Below, piece by piece: positions 29,884-38,822 of a DNA stretch of 64,000 nt. Numbering within the stretch: position 1 is the stretch's first letter; every line of letters starts with the position of its first letter. This DNA is from an uncultured bacterium (GTDB lineage Bacteria > Zixibacteria > MSB-5A5 > CAIYYT01). Under the pieces are notes generated by a model. That model made no database searches and was not told the origin of the DNA. It saw only the letters and a program-made list of their open reading frames with translations. Where the stretch lies: contig CAVSCK010000005.1 in NCBI GenBank assembly GCA_963726455.1, forward strand, positions 512,001 through 576,000, written 5' to 3'. A program made the translations under genes and the position numbers.

Positions 29884-30457
29884 AAAGCGACTTCGTTATG
29901 CCCAACACGAGAACCGGGCAACCTCCGCCCCCTCCGCCTTCAATACGCGGGATCAGCTTACTCAAGTGGGTCGTCGAGGATCCGTAAGACTTCCCACGAC
30001 CCAATTTGTCGAATATTTCCTGCAACTCATCGCAGCGAGTTACGATGATTCCGACACTGATGGCACGCAGGTCGAACAGTAGCCGGAAATTGTTTAGGTC
30101 CCTGTCGAAAAAAGGGTCCTTGTTATTCCATTCAATCTCCAAAGCCACCTGATTCTTGAAACAGTCGATTTGGTGCGTCGGGCTCTCCATCGACTTCTTA
30201 TCGACCACTATTTTGGTCTCAAATGCTTTTTCCTGCCATCCCCGCGCGAACAAAGCATGATCAATTGCCTCAGAGACAAGTGATTTACGCCCACCGCCGA
30301 CTGTGATCCAACTCTTACGTAATCTAAATTCGGTGAATACGTCAATCACATCTTTGAACTCTTTTGGAAAATCGGCTTTGAGCACTGCACAGGCGTGTTT
30401 CCATTCCAGAACGCTGTAATTGGTCCTTATGACGCTTGGCAGAAGCTCAATACCCAC
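29870..30457 (-). CDS. BglII/BstYI-family type II restriction endonuclease
   Basis: THQIDCFK..VALEIEWNNKDPFFDRDL; overlaps the MTase gene. Confidence 0.85.
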   Translation of the reverse strand: MGIELLPSVIRTNYSVLEWKHACAVLKADFPKEFKDVIDVFTEFRLRKSWITVGGGRKSLVSEAIDHALFARGWQEKAFETKIVVDKKSMESPTHQIDCFKNQVALEIEWNNKDPFFDRDLNNFRLLFDLRAISVGIIVTRCDELQEIFDKLGRGKSYGSSTTHLSKLIPRIEGGGGGGCPVLVLGITKSLYVER

Positions 30458-30697
30458 AAGGACGAATTAAACAACTAAAGCATAAAAGGCAATCGCAATT
30501 CTCGGATCTTCCTATATGAAGTAACCGTCCTTTTCGGTCAAAGGTTTTAGGAAAGCCATTTCGCCTCGTTCCTCTCGTAGCGTGGTTCAGATCCTTGCGA
30601 TATTGCATTCCAGTCCCGGCCAGAATATTTCGCCGTTCCAATTAGGGTTTGATTTTCCGCCCTGCGTATCATTATACTTGCTATGAGAAAGGAAACT

Positions 30698-31870
30698 ATG
30701 GCGCCGACAGACAATCGCACTCCGCAGAAACGGACTCGGGAGCAATTCGTCCGCCCGGGACTGGCTAAGATCACCAACATTATAGCCGTGGCCTCCGGCA
30801 AGGGCGGCGTCGGCAAATCGACCGTGTCGGCCAATCTGGCGACCGCGCTCAAACGTGAAGGCGCCAGAGTCGGGTTGATGGATGCCGACATTTACGGACC
30901 CAGCCAGCCCGGAATGTTGGGAGCTCGCAATGAGCAGCCCGAGATACATGACAACTCCCTCAAGCCGCTGGTCCGTCATGGTATTACCTTTATGTCGATG
31001 GGGCTGCTGCTTGGCGAAGACAGTCCGGTCATTTGGCGGGCGCCGATGGCGATGAAGATTATTCAACAGTTTATTGATAACGTCGATTGGGGCGAGCTGG
31101 ATTACCTCTTGATCGATCTGCCCCCCGGCACCGGTGACGTTCAACTTACTCTGGCGCAACAGGCATCACTGACGGGAGCGATTATCGTCACCACGCCGCA
31201 GGAGGTTGCGCTGGGAGTTGCCCGCAAAGGACTCAAGATGTTCGAGCAGGTGAACGTTCCGATTCTCGGCGTGATCGAGAACATGAGCGGTTTCATCTGC
31301 AAGCACTGTGGCAAGGAGACGGAAATTTTCCGTGTCGGCGGTGGACGTAAGATGGCATTGGAGTTTGGCGTGCCATTCCTGGGAGCCATACCACTTGATC
31401 CGGAGATCGTCATGAGTGGTGACAACGGCAATCCGATCCTGGAAAACGGCAGTAACTCGCCGGCAGCACAGGCAATTGTCGGTATCGCTAAACGCCTGCA
31501 ACAGTATGCCGCCGCGGAGCATAGTCGCACCAGTGCTATCGAACCACAACAGGTAGAGATACTTGCGGATGGCGGCCTCGGAATTATCTGGCCGGATGGA
31601 CACAACGGAGTGCACAAGGCGTACTCACTGCGTATCAATTGCCCATGCGCTTCCTGTGTCGATGAAAATTCCGGCGAGAGAATGATTGATGCCGGCCGGG
31701 TGCCGTTGGGTATAAAGATCGATGCTTTTGATATCGTCGGACGATACGCAGTGGCGCTCAAGTTTTCCGACGGCCACTCAACCGGTTTGTACTCATTCAC
31801 CTACTTGCGCAGCATGTGCGAATGCGAATTATGTCGCGGTGGAAACCAGCAGGGTTCATTCACCGTTTAA
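30698..31870 (+). CDS. mrp: Mrp/NBP35 (ApbC) Fe-S carrier ATPase fused to a C-terminal DUF971 (GBBH-N-like) domain
   Basis: SGKGGVGKST, DADIYGPS, DLPPGTGD and ENMS.FICKHC; C-terminal WPDGH..LRINCPCASC..VGRYA..FSDGHSTGLY. Confidence 0.9.
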   Translation: MAPTDNRTPQKRTREQFVRPGLAKITNIIAVASGKGGVGKSTVSANLATALKREGARVGLMDADIYGPSQPGMLGARNEQPEIHDNSLKPLVRHGITFMSMGLLLGEDSPVIWRAPMAMKIIQQFIDNVDWGELDYLLIDLPPGTGDVQLTLAQQASLTGAIIVTTPQEVALGVARKGLKMFEQVNVPILGVIENMSGFICKHCGKETEIFRVGGGRKMALEFGVPFLGAIPLDPEIVMSGDNGNPILENGSNSPAAQAIVGIAKRLQQYAAAEHSRTSAIEPQQVEILADGGLGIIWPDGHNGVHKAYSLRINCPCASCVDENSGERMIDAGRVPLGIKIDAFDIVGRYAVALKFSDGHSTGLYSFTYLRSMCECELCRGGNQQGSFTV

Positions 31871-31888
31871 TAGGTAAGGAGATTAGTC

Positions 31889-32476
31889 ATGAACGATCAG
31901 GATATAAAGATCACCGCGCAACCGCTTCTGAATCCGGAAGTTTGCATCTTCACGGTCGACCGTCCGCTGCTGCCTTCCGGTTCAATCAACTGCAAGAGTG
32001 CGGAGATGGCGAAGGGCTCGCCTCTGTTGGAAGCATTATTTGCCATCGACGGTGTCCGCGAAGTCTACGTCAACGGCAGCAGTCTGACCATTGCGAAATC
32101 GTCTCCTGAACCCTGGCAGGTCTTCGGCAAACAGATCGGACAGGTAATTCGTGAGCAGTTCATGTCCGGCAAGCAGCTGATCGTCACCGATGCGCCCAAG
32201 GCGAGTATGTCTGACGAGCAAATTCGAACCGAAATCGAAGATTTGTTCTCGAACGAGATCAATCCGGCGCTCTCGGGACACGGCGGCTTTGTTGAACTGG
32301 TCGAAGTCAAAGCCGGTGCCGTCTATTTGCGCATGTCGGGCGGATGCCAGGGTTGCGGCGCTGCCAGCATCACACTCAAACATGGTATCGAGCGCGCCAT
32401 ACTGACTCGTGTGCCGCAAGTTGCCGAAGTGGTTGATGTCACTGATCATACCGCCGGTGCGAATCCGTTTTATTGA
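31889..32476 (+). CDS. NifU/NfuA-type Fe-S scaffold or carrier
   Basis: Nfu_N (SPLLEALF.IDGV) plus INPALSGHGG..MSGGCQGC. Confidence 0.9.
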   Translation: MNDQDIKITAQPLLNPEVCIFTVDRPLLPSGSINCKSAEMAKGSPLLEALFAIDGVREVYVNGSSLTIAKSSPEPWQVFGKQIGQVIREQFMSGKQLIVTDAPKASMSDEQIRTEIEDLFSNEINPALSGHGGFVELVEVKAGAVYLRMSGGCQGCGAASITLKHGIERAILTRVPQVAEVVDVTDHTAGANPFY

Positions 32477-32870
32477 TTCGAACATCCCGCCGAAATTCTT
32501 CCGTCAGTGAAATCGTTTTCATGCAGGTGCATTGTCGCCGCAATCAGAGTACTGCTATGCTATGAGACCTGCGCGAGGTCAAATGCATTTCACTACAACA
32601 GCACTCCAAAAATCTCGACTACGGTTATTAGTAGAGGCATGTTTGCAAAAATGATGTTTCGATACGATCGAAGAGTGTTTGAGGAGATCTAGTGCGAAGT
32701 GCACTCAGAACATCAAACTCCGACGGCTGATTCTAACCAGCGTTTGAACATTGCGTTAACGAAAGGCAAATGATACGCGCAGCGAGATACCGAATAGCTC
32801 CAAAAATCGGAGCGTCGAAGTAGCTGCATTTCAAGGCGTTCGCAAACCTGCCGATTTTTCCGAAAATCGC

Positions 32871-32958
32871 TTGACTTGGGATGTGCGGCGCGGTATATTC
32901 AACCTCGGAAGTCACTGGTAGATAACATGTTAACAAGATGTGGAAATCCTGTTGACAA
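32871..32958 (+). promoter_or_regulatory. dnaA promoter followed by four phased DnaA-box-like 9-mers
   Basis: TTGACT-N17-TATATT (32871-32899); GGTAGATAA 32917, TGTTAACAA 32928, TGTGGAAAT 32939, TGTTGACAA 32950. Confidence 0.65.
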
Positions 32959-33122
32959 CATGAGACATCGCCAGAGGGGCTTGCGACTAGAGGGGCGAGT
33001 TCTCAATTAGTGCAGCGAGTGGGTAGACATGAGAAGAGGTACGGCAGAGAAGAATGGGAGACCCTTGCTCTGGTTGTGCGGGTCTCTCTGAAAGACTTTG
33101 CTTAGTTTGGAGTGGGGAGACC

Positions 33123-34485
33123 ATGCAGGAGCAAATTAGTATTCTTTGGGATAGATGTCTGTCTCAGTTGTCAAAAAGAGTCAAGAAGAATTCCTTTTTC
33201 ACGTGGCTGAAACCGACAGAAGCCGAGTATGTCGACAGCCAGTCATTCAACATCGTGGTTCCGAATCGTTTCGCCGCCAACTGGATTGAGGAAAGATATC
33301 GGCCGCTGATTTCGCAAGTGCTGACCGAAGTTTCCGAAGCCGGATGGAATTTCGGCGTCAAAGTTCGCAAGACACCGTTTCAGGCGGAGATTTTCGAAGC
33401 GGACGACGATGACGAACCAGCTGTTGTCATCAGCAAACCGAAGGGCACTGCTCAGCCAACACCTAAACTCAATCCGCGCTATCGTTTCGAGAATTTCGTC
33501 GTCGGTGATTCAAACCAGTTCGCTTATGCCGCCTGCCAGGCGGTGGCGGAGAATCCGGGCGAGAATCGTTACAATCCCGCTCTTTATTTACGGCGGTTCA
33601 GGCCTCGGCAAGACTCATTTGGTGCAGGCGATCGGCAACGACATCTGTGAAAGCAACGGCACCCACACCATTCTTTATGTTACCAGCGAAGAGTTCACCA
33701 ACGACTTCATTCGTTCTCTCGGCTCCAAATCGGTGCATGAGTTTGTCAATCGCTATCGTTCGGTTGATGTGCTGCTGCTGGATGACATTCAGTTCTTCAC
33801 CGGCAAAGAATCAACACAGGAGCAGTTCTTTCACACATTCAATGCGCTGCATCAGGAAGGCAAGCAGATTGTTCTGACTGCGGACCGTCCGCCGAAGAAC
33901 ATTCTCGGACTGGAAGAACGCTTGCTCTCGCGCTTTAGTTGGGGTCTGGTGGCCGATATTCAGCCGCCGTCACTGGAAACTCGCATCGCCATTCTGCAGA
34001 AGAAGGCCGACTGCGATGGTGTAACTGTGCCGCAAGGATGTGTTGACTTATGTTGCCGACTCGATTACTTCCAATGTCCGTGAACTCGAAGGGGCATTGG
34101 TGCGATTGATCGCCTATTCAGCTCGCTGCGTCAGAAGGACTTGACCATTGCCGTGGCCCAGGAAGTTCTCAAGGATACGATCAGATCCAAGTCGCAGCAA
34201 ATCACCATTGAGCAGATTCAAAAGAAGGTTGCGCAGTACTACAAGATCTCCGAGGAAATGCTGAAGGCAAAGAAGAAGAGTCAGGAGATTGTCAATGCGC
34301 GGCAGATTGCAATGTATCTCTGCCGGACCTTGACAACGTCATCGCTCAAGATGATCGGCGCCAAGTTCGGCAATCGTGATCATTCTACGGTCATTCATGC
34401 CTGTCAGCAAGTGACCGAGAATATCAAATCATCGATTGATTACAAACTGCAGATTGACCAATTAATCAATCAAATGTATAGTTGA
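33123..34485 (+). CDS. dnaA: Chromosomal replication initiator DnaA; three apparent frameshifts (about 33576, 34035, 34120)
   Basis: [59 protein letters not shown] and RDHSTVIHA spread over successive frames. Confidence 0.97.
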
Positions 34486-34744
34486 GAAACTGTTGATTAG
34501 ATGTTACGGAAGTGTGTGGAGCAATGAGTGGAAAGCTGATCATATCACATGCAGAAATGTTAATAATGTTGATAAATCACATTTCTCATTTCCACAGGTT
34601 ATCAGATGAGTCTATGTTGTTCCATTACTAGGACTCTACTCTTTATCAATCAACATTTCCACAGTATTATTACTGTTGTTGATTTGATAACTTAAGATAG
34701 AATATAATAAGGGCTGTGGTGTACAAACCTAAAGGAGCCGGAAG
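34486..34744. other. Probable oriC (dnaA-dnaN intergenic region)
   Basis: AT-rich; DnaA-box variants TGTTAATAA 34558, TGTTGATAA 34567, ATTTCCACA 34588 and 34655, followed by a triplet-like tract TATTATTACTGTTGTTGAT. Confidence 0.8.
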
Positions 34745-35856
34745 ATGAAATTCAGCGTCACGACAGATAAGCTTCAATCTGCACTTAGCCGCAGTCATGA
34801 GTGCTGTACCTGCCAAATCAGCTTTACCGATTCTTGGTAATGTCTTGCTGGAAGCAGAGGGCAAATCACTTAAGCTATCAACGACTGATCTGGAAATTTC
34901 GATTACGACATCGATCGAAGCCAAGGTTACCAAGAAAGGTTCAGTGGCAATTCCGGCCAAGAAATTTGCAGAAATCATTGATGCCTTGCCACAGACTGAT
35001 ATTGAGATCGAAGCGATAAATAATCGCATTGAAATGCGTTTCGGTACCGGTGACTACAAGATTGCCGGAATGCCGGCGGATGAATTTCCACGGTTGCCGG
35101 AAGTTAATCCAGCAAAAGAAATCAAAATACCGGCTGATGTCTTGCGCCGGATGATTCACAAGACCGCCTATGCCGCTTCCAACGATGAAACTCGACCGGC
35201 TCTGAATGGCATTCTCTGGCAGACCTCCGGTGAGAAGATGAAAATGGTGGCGACCGACGGTCACCGTCTGGCGAAGATCGAAGCCGACAATACCAAACTT
35301 CAGGGTTTGTATGGCGACATGATTGTGCCACCACGAGCGCTGAATCTTGTCAGTCGTCTGGCCGTTGACGGCATCACGGAAGTCGGCGTGATCTTCAATG
35401 AAAATAGTCTGATTTTCACCTGCGGTGAGCAACACGATTTCCACGCGCGTGATCGAGGGACCGTACCCCAACTACGAGCAGGTAATCCCCAAGTACAACA
35501 ACAAGAGTTTGATCGTCGCCAAATCACTATTGGCCGATACGGTGCGTCGTGTGGCGATCTTGTCGAATACTCTGACCCATCAGGTCAAATTCTCGATCAG
35601 CAAGAACACGCTGCAACTCTCGGCAACCAACGTCGATTTCGGCGGCGAAGCGGTCGAGAAACTACCCTGCCAGTACGATGGCGAGGATATCGAAATCGGT
35701 TACAACGCGCACTATGTGCTGGACATCCTCAAGCAGTTGGAATGTGACGAAGTTAAGTTCTCACTGTCAACGGCTGTCTCGGCGGCGATCATCACGACGA
35801 TGGAACCGACCAGCGATTATGTCTGTCTGGTGATGCCGCTGCGGTTGGCGGATTAG
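34745..35856 (+). CDS. dnaN: DNA polymerase III beta clamp; two apparent frameshifts (about 34786, 35428)
   Basis: MKFSV.., LPILGNVL, TDLEI, VATDGHRL, YPNYEQVIP and LVMPLRL. Confidence 0.97.
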
Positions 35857-35861
35857 CTTCA

Positions 35862-35971
35862 GGTAGGTCAAAACCGCTTGGATTTGATTATTTGGTAGGT
35901 CGAAACCCCTTGTGGAGATGCGTTAGTTGATCGACACGCGCACAAGGGGTTTCGACATTTGCGGACCTACT
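35862..35971. repeat. GTAGGTC-type palindromic element
   Basis: GTCGAAACCCCTTGTG / CACAAGGGGTTTCGAC 16-bp stem bounded by GGTAGGTC ... GACCTAC. Confidence 0.6.
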
Positions 35972-36062
35972 AATGAAGTAGTTGGATCAAGCGTCATTGT
36001 TGTTTGTATCTACAACTGACAATATCGAGACGAAGTTGATAGAAACAATGGAGGGTACCATC

Positions 36063-36500
36063 GTGAAATCCAAAATCATATTCAGCGTTCTTGTTATGAT
36101 CGTCGGGCTTGTTGCTGTTGTGTTCGCGCAAACCGAACAGCCGGCCGAGAAGCCACAGGTTGCGGCGTCATCGGGGATAACGGTAGAGGCCGAAGTGTGT
36201 ACGGCGGTGAGTGATCGTCAACCGTCCGGGACGGCGAGCAGTTTCGGCGCCGATGTCGGCTCGCTTTACTGCTGGTGCAAGGTGACCGGCATGAAGGGTG
36301 AAGGCAGCATCAAGCATATCTGGTCATACGAAGGCAAAGAGATGCGGACAATCGAGCTGCCGGTGAAGACGAGCGCCTTTCGCACCTGGAGCCAGAAGAA
36401 TATTGCGCCATCGGCAACGGGCAATTGGGAAGTGAAGATTGTCGACGCGTCGGGGAATGAGTTGAAGACGGTGAAGTTCACGGTGGGGGAGAAGAAGTAG
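36063..36500 (+). CDS. Secreted DUF2914-domain protein
   Basis: VSDRQP, LYCW, IKHIW, FRTWSQK and GNWEVKIVD motifs; GGAGG RBS before GTG. Confidence 0.8.
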   Translation: MKSKIIFSVLVMIVGLVAVVFAQTEQPAEKPQVAASSGITVEAEVCTAVSDRQPSGTASSFGADVGSLYCWCKVTGMKGEGSIKHIWSYEGKEMRTIELPVKTSAFRTWSQKNIAPSATGNWEVKIVDASGNELKTVKFTVGEKK

Positions 36501-36620
36501 AAGCAGGTCGCGGCGCACGGGGATTGCCTGAAACTGACTGAGGATGATTCGCGGCGCACGAGGACGTACGCCGCGCACTGACTGGTACAGACTCATCAGA
36601 TGGGTTACAGATTGAGGTAG

Positions 36621-37067
36621 ATGAATTCGGGCCTAACTAAGATACTGTGGTCGGTTGTAATAAGTGCCACTTGCTTGGTGACGGCGTGCGAATGTCCCGA
36701 GCCAACGTCTGACGAAATCGAGTTTTCGCAGTTTGTGGGAACATATAAAGCCGAGTTTGGCACGGCTTTAGTCGATGAACTGAAGTTTGCGGCTGATTCT
36801 ACCTACGTTCACCGATTTCAAAGCAAGGATGGTACTTTTCTGGCCGACAGAAATCACTTCAGGTTAATCCAGAATGGCGGGTTTTACACGGTCATGCTCG
36901 AGGGATTCCTCCTTCTGGATCAGCAAGAATCTTGCTGGATTTTCTCTGATTCGATGGACTACTGGAAACGTCCCAGGAGCATCGGACTATCGGTCAAGAG
37001 GCGTGGCGAAAGGCAATCGATTGCGCTTTGCGCGGAAGAACGAAAGTACTATGTCAAGGTCAAATAG
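36621..37067 (+). CDS. Hypothetical lipoprotein
   Basis: GAGG RBS; lipobox-like LVTAC; 148-aa ORF. Confidence 0.65.
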   Translation: MNSGLTKILWSVVISATCLVTACECPEPTSDEIEFSQFVGTYKAEFGTALVDELKFAADSTYVHRFQSKDGTFLADRNHFRLIQNGGFYTVMLEGFLLLDQQESCWIFSDSMDYWKRPRSIGLSVKRRGERQSIALCAEERKYYVKVK

Positions 37068-37149
37068 GCCGGACTTGTGCGCCGCGGAAGCTGCTCTTGA
37101 GATTAGCGTTGAATAGGAAATCGAAATGGTAGTGCGGAAGCGTCTTGAC

Positions 37150-37265
37150 TTTGTACCCCACCCAAAGGCTTCCGGCGGGTGGGTTTTTGCTTTGATAGCT
37201 GACAACTGTGTTTATAGATTATCGCACCGATGAAGATTGAGCATCACGGCCGGCTGGGGTACAAA
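37150..37265. mobile_element. 116-bp MITE/REP-like element with perfect 11-bp terminal inverted repeats
   Basis: TTTGTACCCCA ... TGGGGTACAAA; internal CCCACCC..GGGTGGG hairpin; related copies at about 37383-37412 and 37868-37905. Confidence 0.55.
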
Positions 37266-37439
37266 CTTGAAGATTGTCGATGCCTCGGGGAATGAGTTGA
37301 AGACGTTGAAGTTCACGGTGGGAGAGAAGAAGTAGAAGCAGGTCGCGGCGCACGAGGACGTACGCCGCGCACTGACTGAATCAAGAACCCACCCGCCGCA
37401 AGCTCTGGGTGGTGTAGGGACTAGGATGGAGGCCAGGGC

Positions 37440-37784
37440 ATGACCTTAACTGAAGCTACTGCAAGCCGGCTGGCACGACGGAGGAGGATGTTCAAAATCC
37501 TGTTGCTAGCGTATGTGAGTTATCTCGTTATCGCCGGCGTCTGCTTGGGCATTCTCCAATTGGATGAAGTCGACACTACCGACCAGGGCATGGCGTTATT
37601 CATCGTCTTCTTGCTGCTCGCAGAATTGGGGGCGTTTTGCATACCACTGCTGGGGCTACTTGTGTGGGGTTTGACGCTCTATCATGATCTGAGAAAACGT
37701 TTCATCGTCCTTATCACTGCTGTATCTGTCTGGGTCGCATTTGCAGCATATTCATGGATCTGGCTTCTGAAAGCTCCGATCTGA
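37440..37784 (+). CDS. Hypothetical 3-TM membrane protein
   Basis: GGAGG RBS; three hydrophobic segments. Confidence 0.65.
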   Translation: MTLTEATASRLARRRRMFKILLLAYVSYLVIAGVCLGILQLDEVDTTDQGMALFIVFLLLAELGAFCIPLLGLLVWGLTLYHDLRKRFIVLITAVSVWVAFAAYSWIWLLKAPI

Positions 37785-37923
37785 GCCTAGTTTGGTGGGT
37801 CAGGCCTATTCCCGGGCACTCGTCGGAGGATTATCTTGCTAGCAGTAGACATTGCAACCATCGAATGAAAAACCCACCCCTCGCAAGCTCAGGATGAGGT
37901 ACAAATCCCGCAGATGAATCAGG

Positions 37924-38433
37924 TTATTCCAAGTCCTCGAAGACGCGGATGACGTCGTAAGGTTGTTGGGCGGACATGACGCGGTCGTAGAAGCCGTCGG
38001 CGGAGAAGATCGTGGCCAGGGCGCGGAACACTCGCAGATATAATGTGTCATCATAAGGGGGCGCCGCCATCGGGACAAAGATATGCGCCGGTTGGCCATC
38101 GAGGGCGTCGAAATCATAACCGGAGGTCGAACGCAGGACGGCGATAACCAATTCCTTGGCCTGCATAGTGCGGATATGCGGGATGACGATTCCTCTGCCG
38201 ATCGCAGTCGAGGCCTTCTTCTCGCGATTAAACATATCGGTAAGAAGCTTGCTCTTGTTGGAGACGCGACCGGACTGGTCGAGCAGTTCGGCGCATTCGG
38301 CCAGAAGTGTCCGCTTGCGCTCAAGCTGCTTCCTGGACGTGAGCGGTCCGGCCTCCTCGTCGTTGGCGTCGTCAAACGAGGTCACCATTTCGAGGCGAAT
38401 CAGTTCCGGTCGTAAGAGTCTTGATATCTGCAA
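37924..38433 (-). CDS. Stand-alone PTS EIIA (PtsN/fructose-type) protein
   Basis: REKKASTAIGRGIVIPH (phospho-His) and FDALDGQP motifs. Confidence 0.88.
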   Translation of the reverse strand: MQISRLLRPELIRLEMVTSFDDANDEEAGPLTSRKQLERKRTLLAECAELLDQSGRVSNKSKLLTDMFNREKKASTAIGRGIVIPHIRTMQAKELVIAVLRSTSGYDFDALDGQPAHIFVPMAAPPYDDTLYLRVFRALATIFSADGFYDRVMSAQQPYDVIRVFEDLE

Positions 38434-38822
38434 CTTAAGCTTCCTTATCGGCCTTTATCGGTAAAATCGTCCCGGTTCCTTACCGGCCGAAATTGACGTC
38501 CGCGATAAATCAAAGCAGGATAATCGGTTTTGTCAACAGTCTGATTGGCGTCCATCTGCAGAATCCACTTCAACGAACATTTCTAACTGTCTAATAAATA
38601 GACAGTTGCGCAGCCGGTGTCCAGTGGTTTTTGCTTGACTTTATCAGGGCTGGATTTATATTTGAGGCGGCTAAATGTCTAGATACTGTCGGGGCTTTCT
38701 GTTTATATCCAGCTGGAAGCTACTTGCCTATCATCGGATTGATCGCTCGCAAAATTGAAGAATTCTATCTGCCCCGCCGACGGGGTACTTGTTATAAAAA
38801 CGTTTACTGGAGGAACTCTCCG

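Larger units (their letters stand above)
36433..37378 (+). repeat. Direct repeat of the DUF2914 3' end plus its downstream hairpin (copies at 36433-36584 and 37268-37378)
   Basis: 87-bp copies differ at 4 positions, 3 of them synonymous; both carry TCGCGGCGCACGAGGACGTACGCCGCGCACTGACTG. Confidence 0.9.

Noticed and set aside
29206-30457. Assigning MunI (CAATTG) or BglII specificity to the R-M pair
   Set aside because: Family membership does not fix specificity, and CAATTG occurs repeatedly in the window, so there is no sign of avoidance.
33123-35856. dnaA/dnaN pseudogenes or programmed frameshifting
   Set aside because: These are core replication genes with otherwise intact motifs, and no slippery heptamers were seen at the shifts; sequencing error is more parsimonious.
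36433-37354. DGR template/variable repeat pair
   Set aside because: The four differences are not confined to adenines on either strand, are mostly synonymous, and no reverse transcriptase is in the window.
36500-37920. Integron cassette array
   Set aside because: No IntI gene, and I could not identify attC RYYYAAC/GTTRRRY core sites.
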